64,000 nt of DNA from Balanoglossus misakiensis (taxonomy: Eukaryota > Animalia > Hemichordata), in NCBI GenBank assembly GCA_040954595.2, contig CM082590.2, positions 8,060,001 through 8,124,000 of the forward strand. The letters are read 5' to 3'. A model generated the notes under the pieces. The model did no database searches and had not been told where the DNA came from. It saw only the letters and a list, made by a program, of their open reading frames with translations. The position numbers and the translations under genes were made by a program. This document shows, one piece after another, positions 61,001-64,000 of this stretch; position 1 is the stretch's first letter; each line of letters starts with the position of its first letter.

Positions 61001-62704
61001 GATCCGTATGAAGCTGGCCATTGACCTGTCTAATGTAGGTTGTGATTAGGCCAAATAGTTAGAGAAATTGTTTCATTTGTGGTCAAATTTCTAGAGTCAA
61101 AATAAATTAGGGGTGATCAAATTATTACAGCAGTCAAATTACAGGAATATTTACAGTAGTTTAATTTTTCTTCAGAGACCATTTACGGTGATGTTGGTCT
61201 ATCATTCATAATTTTGGATGCTTACCCCAATTTTTTTTCAATTTTTAAAAGAAAATTATTTAAAGTTGCCTTGAATAAAAAGAAAATTTTCAGAAGTGAA
61301 TTCTTTAAAACTTTCAATTATATGCAAAGGGGGGCCACAGCTTAGGAAAGTGGTATTCATTTGCCTCATGAAGTTGTCATTTACTTGATTGGGGAATAGT
61401 TATGAAATATAATACTGGTATAAGATGATCGTTTAGTGAAGTGTTGATAGTGGCAACATTAAAGCCCCAGTAGCTGCCATTCTTAATGATTTTAGTGATA
61501 GGTACGCACAATAATATTAGCAACCTCTGATTCTGGCCTTTCATTTGGAATGTGAATTAAATCATAAATGCATGGCAATATTAAAGCCCCAATAGCTGCC
61601 ATCCTTGTGTGTTAGTTTAATGATTTTAGTGATAGGTCGGGCATTCATGTAGTTAGTGAATGACGATGTGAGCTATAGCCATAACTGCCCTGTCATCACA
61701 ACCCCTCTCCCTCCCAGCCAACAGTAATATCACCACCACAGCCGTCGTCATGGACACCATCATCGTCGCCAGGACTACCAAAGAAATAACCTAAATGCAG
61801 AGCATCTGAAACAGCACAGTTACCAAGGTTATGATGTGATGAATCGCGGCCATCTTGTAAATGAGCTTGTTTTTTATTGAAATAAATATGACATTATTTG
61901 GATAATCAAACGTCTCTGGAAAAATATTGTCCCAAGTCCCCACCCCCAGTACCACTGTTAATAACACCACCACCGTCATGGTCGCCTTCATCATCGTTGT
62001 CAGGCCAACGTAATAAATTATATGAGAAGCTTCTGAAACTCAATTATTTGAAAACTTGTGGCATTGGTCAGTGAAGGTATGACATGATGTGGTGAGCAGC
62101 GCCTCCAATGGACGTATCAGGAAAGCCTGTTCTAAATGAGCTGGGCAATATATTTCACCAAAGTTATTAAAACTTGGAAACAACTACGGCATTTTGAAAA
62201 ACTCTCTTCTGGCCATGTTAAGTATTTTGATTCTCTCTTCTTTTTGAAGACGTTAGAAATAAATCAATAAATAAATAAAAAGTCTTCGTTTGTACTTTGA
62301 TTTCCAAACAGAGTAGCTGGAATATACGGCTTAAATTTAATATTTTATAACAATGCAGGTTCATAATAATTATTATAATTGACAAAATATGTTGTTGTGA
62401 GGTGATCTCCATAAACACCACTTAGTTGGTCAGTGGTGTTAACAGAGATCCTTCACAGCGCCCTCTAGAGGGGCTTTTTCCCATACACAGCTTTGCTATC
62501 GCCCTTAGAAATATTGTTTTCGATAGTATTCGTACAAACTACAGACATCTTTCAGTGGAATTTACATAACCATCGAAGTAACAGATCGTAAATATGCTTA
62601 GTCTCATCATAGCCAGCCGAAAAGTACTTAAGTAATCATCGATTAACGTAATATGATAGTCCTATAAGTTATAGCTTAGTTTTCCGGTTAATTATGCAAA
62701 TAAC

Positions 62705-62785
62705 TTTGTGGCGTAAAGGATAGTGTGACTGCCCTTGGTCTGAGAGGTCACGAGTTCGAATCCCAATAGGGATTCACTTTTTTTC
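62705..62785 (+). ncRNA. tRNA-derived Pol III cassette 1 (degenerate; not a functional tRNA)
   Basis: A box tggcgtaaagg, B box agttcgaatcc, T-run terminator, ATGCAAAT immediately upstream. Confidence 0.5.
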
Positions 62786-63293
62786 TTCTAGAGTAGACGT
62801 AGTCTACATTCGGTCTTCTTCTGTATTTCCAAATAAAGTAGCCGGTACAAGCAGTTTTAATGTTCAAACCATCTTAAGCCGGTTAAATTCACTATTTTCC
62901 GATACTCTTTCATAATTAATAGTTGCAAAAATACGCATGGTGGCTGGAGATCGGTTGTGGTCTGGTATTTAATGGACATCGTACATAACGCCCTCTGGAG
63001 AGGCTTCCCCCCCCCCCCCGTAGTGGACAGAATACCTTGATTGAGCATGACCTATGACCTTACGGGGCTGTGCTGCGTTGCCCAAACACAGCCGCGATAG
63101 CCCCCCTGAAAATATGTTTTTTTTTATAGTATCGTACAAACTACAGGCATCTTTCTATCGAATTTACTTTACTCTTGAAGTTACGGAGACGTAAATAAGC
63201 TCTGTCGCATTGTAGCAAACCGCTAAAAACTTTTGCAAACAGAGGAGAACATCTTGTAGGATATATCGTCGATTTCATGCTAATTATGCAAAT

Positions 63294-63388
63294 GTCTATG
63301 TGGCGTAGTGGCTAAAGTGATTGGCTATGGTGCGAGAGGTCCCGGGTTCGATTCCCGGCAGGGATTTATTTATTTATTTATTTTTTTC
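63294..63388 (+). ncRNA. tRNA-Pro-like Pol III cassette 2 (pseudo-tRNA)
   Basis: A box tggcgtagtgg; ggtgcgagaggtcccgggttcgattcccgg as in tRNA-Pro; partial acceptor stem gtctatg/cagggat; poor D and anticodon stems; upstream ATGCAAAT. Confidence 0.55.
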
Positions 63389-63840
63389 TATGGTAGATTG
63401 ATGTCAATGACCACTGCCTCTCACGTGACTAGGAAAAGGCTGATTATAGTCTCATATTCCTCCCTCTTTTTCCCCGTGACGTCATTGCACCTGGATTACG
63501 TATACAGTACATTTACATGCGACTGTCATGTGACTGACTAGTTGTAGATACCGTCTCTAGAGAGCGCTGTGCATGACCTTTAGCCTTCCGTGACGTGTGA
63601 CTTGACCCAAACACAGGCGCGCTAAAGCCCTTAGAAAAATGCGTGTTTTCGACAGTAAAGTACAAAGTATGAACATCTGTCTGTTGAATTAACGTAACCG
63701 CCAACAGTACTGACCGAAAACAAGCTCATTTTTACTTTAGCAAGTCAAAAAGTACTTGCTTTTACGAGATCGAGCTACCTTGTTTACATACAATTACGTT
63801 GTGGCATTCATAACATAGTTGTTTGCTCAACCATACAAAC

Positions 63841-63922
63841 ATAAGCGTGGCCTATCGGTTAGGGCCATGGCCTGCCACGCAGCGGACCCGGGTTCGAGCC
63901 CCGGCAAGAGTGGCCTTTTTTT
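63841..63922 (+). ncRNA. tRNA-Gly(GCC)-like Pol III cassette 3 (pseudo-tRNA)
   Basis: tggcctatcgg, gcctgccacgc (Gly-GCC anticodon arm), ccgggttcgagccccgg, T-run; no acceptor-stem pairing. Confidence 0.55.
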
Positions 63923-64000
63923 CAACCTAAGGCCAAGTACTTGGTTCTTTGATCCCACTTATTTTCCTTTTTTTTCTCTCTTAAAACAGGAATATGCTCT

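Noticed and set aside
62705-63922. Functional tRNA genes
   Set aside because: Acceptor, D and anticodon stems do not pair adequately; kept only as tRNA-derived cassettes.

Overview
AT-rich, intron-containing animal genomic DNA. The intronless TRIM expansions, gene content and repeat types suggest an invertebrate deuterostome, probably a hemichordate (inference). Left to right: (1) an MFSD6-like transporter on the minus strand, running off the left edge; (2) four co-oriented RING/TRIM56-like E3 ligase genes, each with a different architecture (RBCC-filamin-NHL; RBCC only; RING plus six ~40-aa repeats; RING-disordered-filamin-NHL); (3) a decayed ankyrin(-kinase?) gene whose ankyrin exon is tandemly amplified; (4) a coiled-coil/death-domain gene; (5) a 12-exon TMEM232 ortholog head-to-head with a 5-exon LYRM7; (6) six tandem insect-AANAT-like GNAT N-acyltransferases, three with canonical PTS1-type C-termini, two lacking the catalytic Glu, with DR5 nuclear-receptor elements and an apparent promoter swap; (7) a probable GT49 (LARGE/B4GAT1-like) pseudogene with an amplified exon; (8) a C-rich minisatellite; (9) three diverged ~550-bp units each ending in a tRNA-like Pol III cassette. 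Several MITE families are interspersed. Exon structures were derived by hand from GT-AG sites and frame continuity. Family calls rest on recalled motifs, not database searches.
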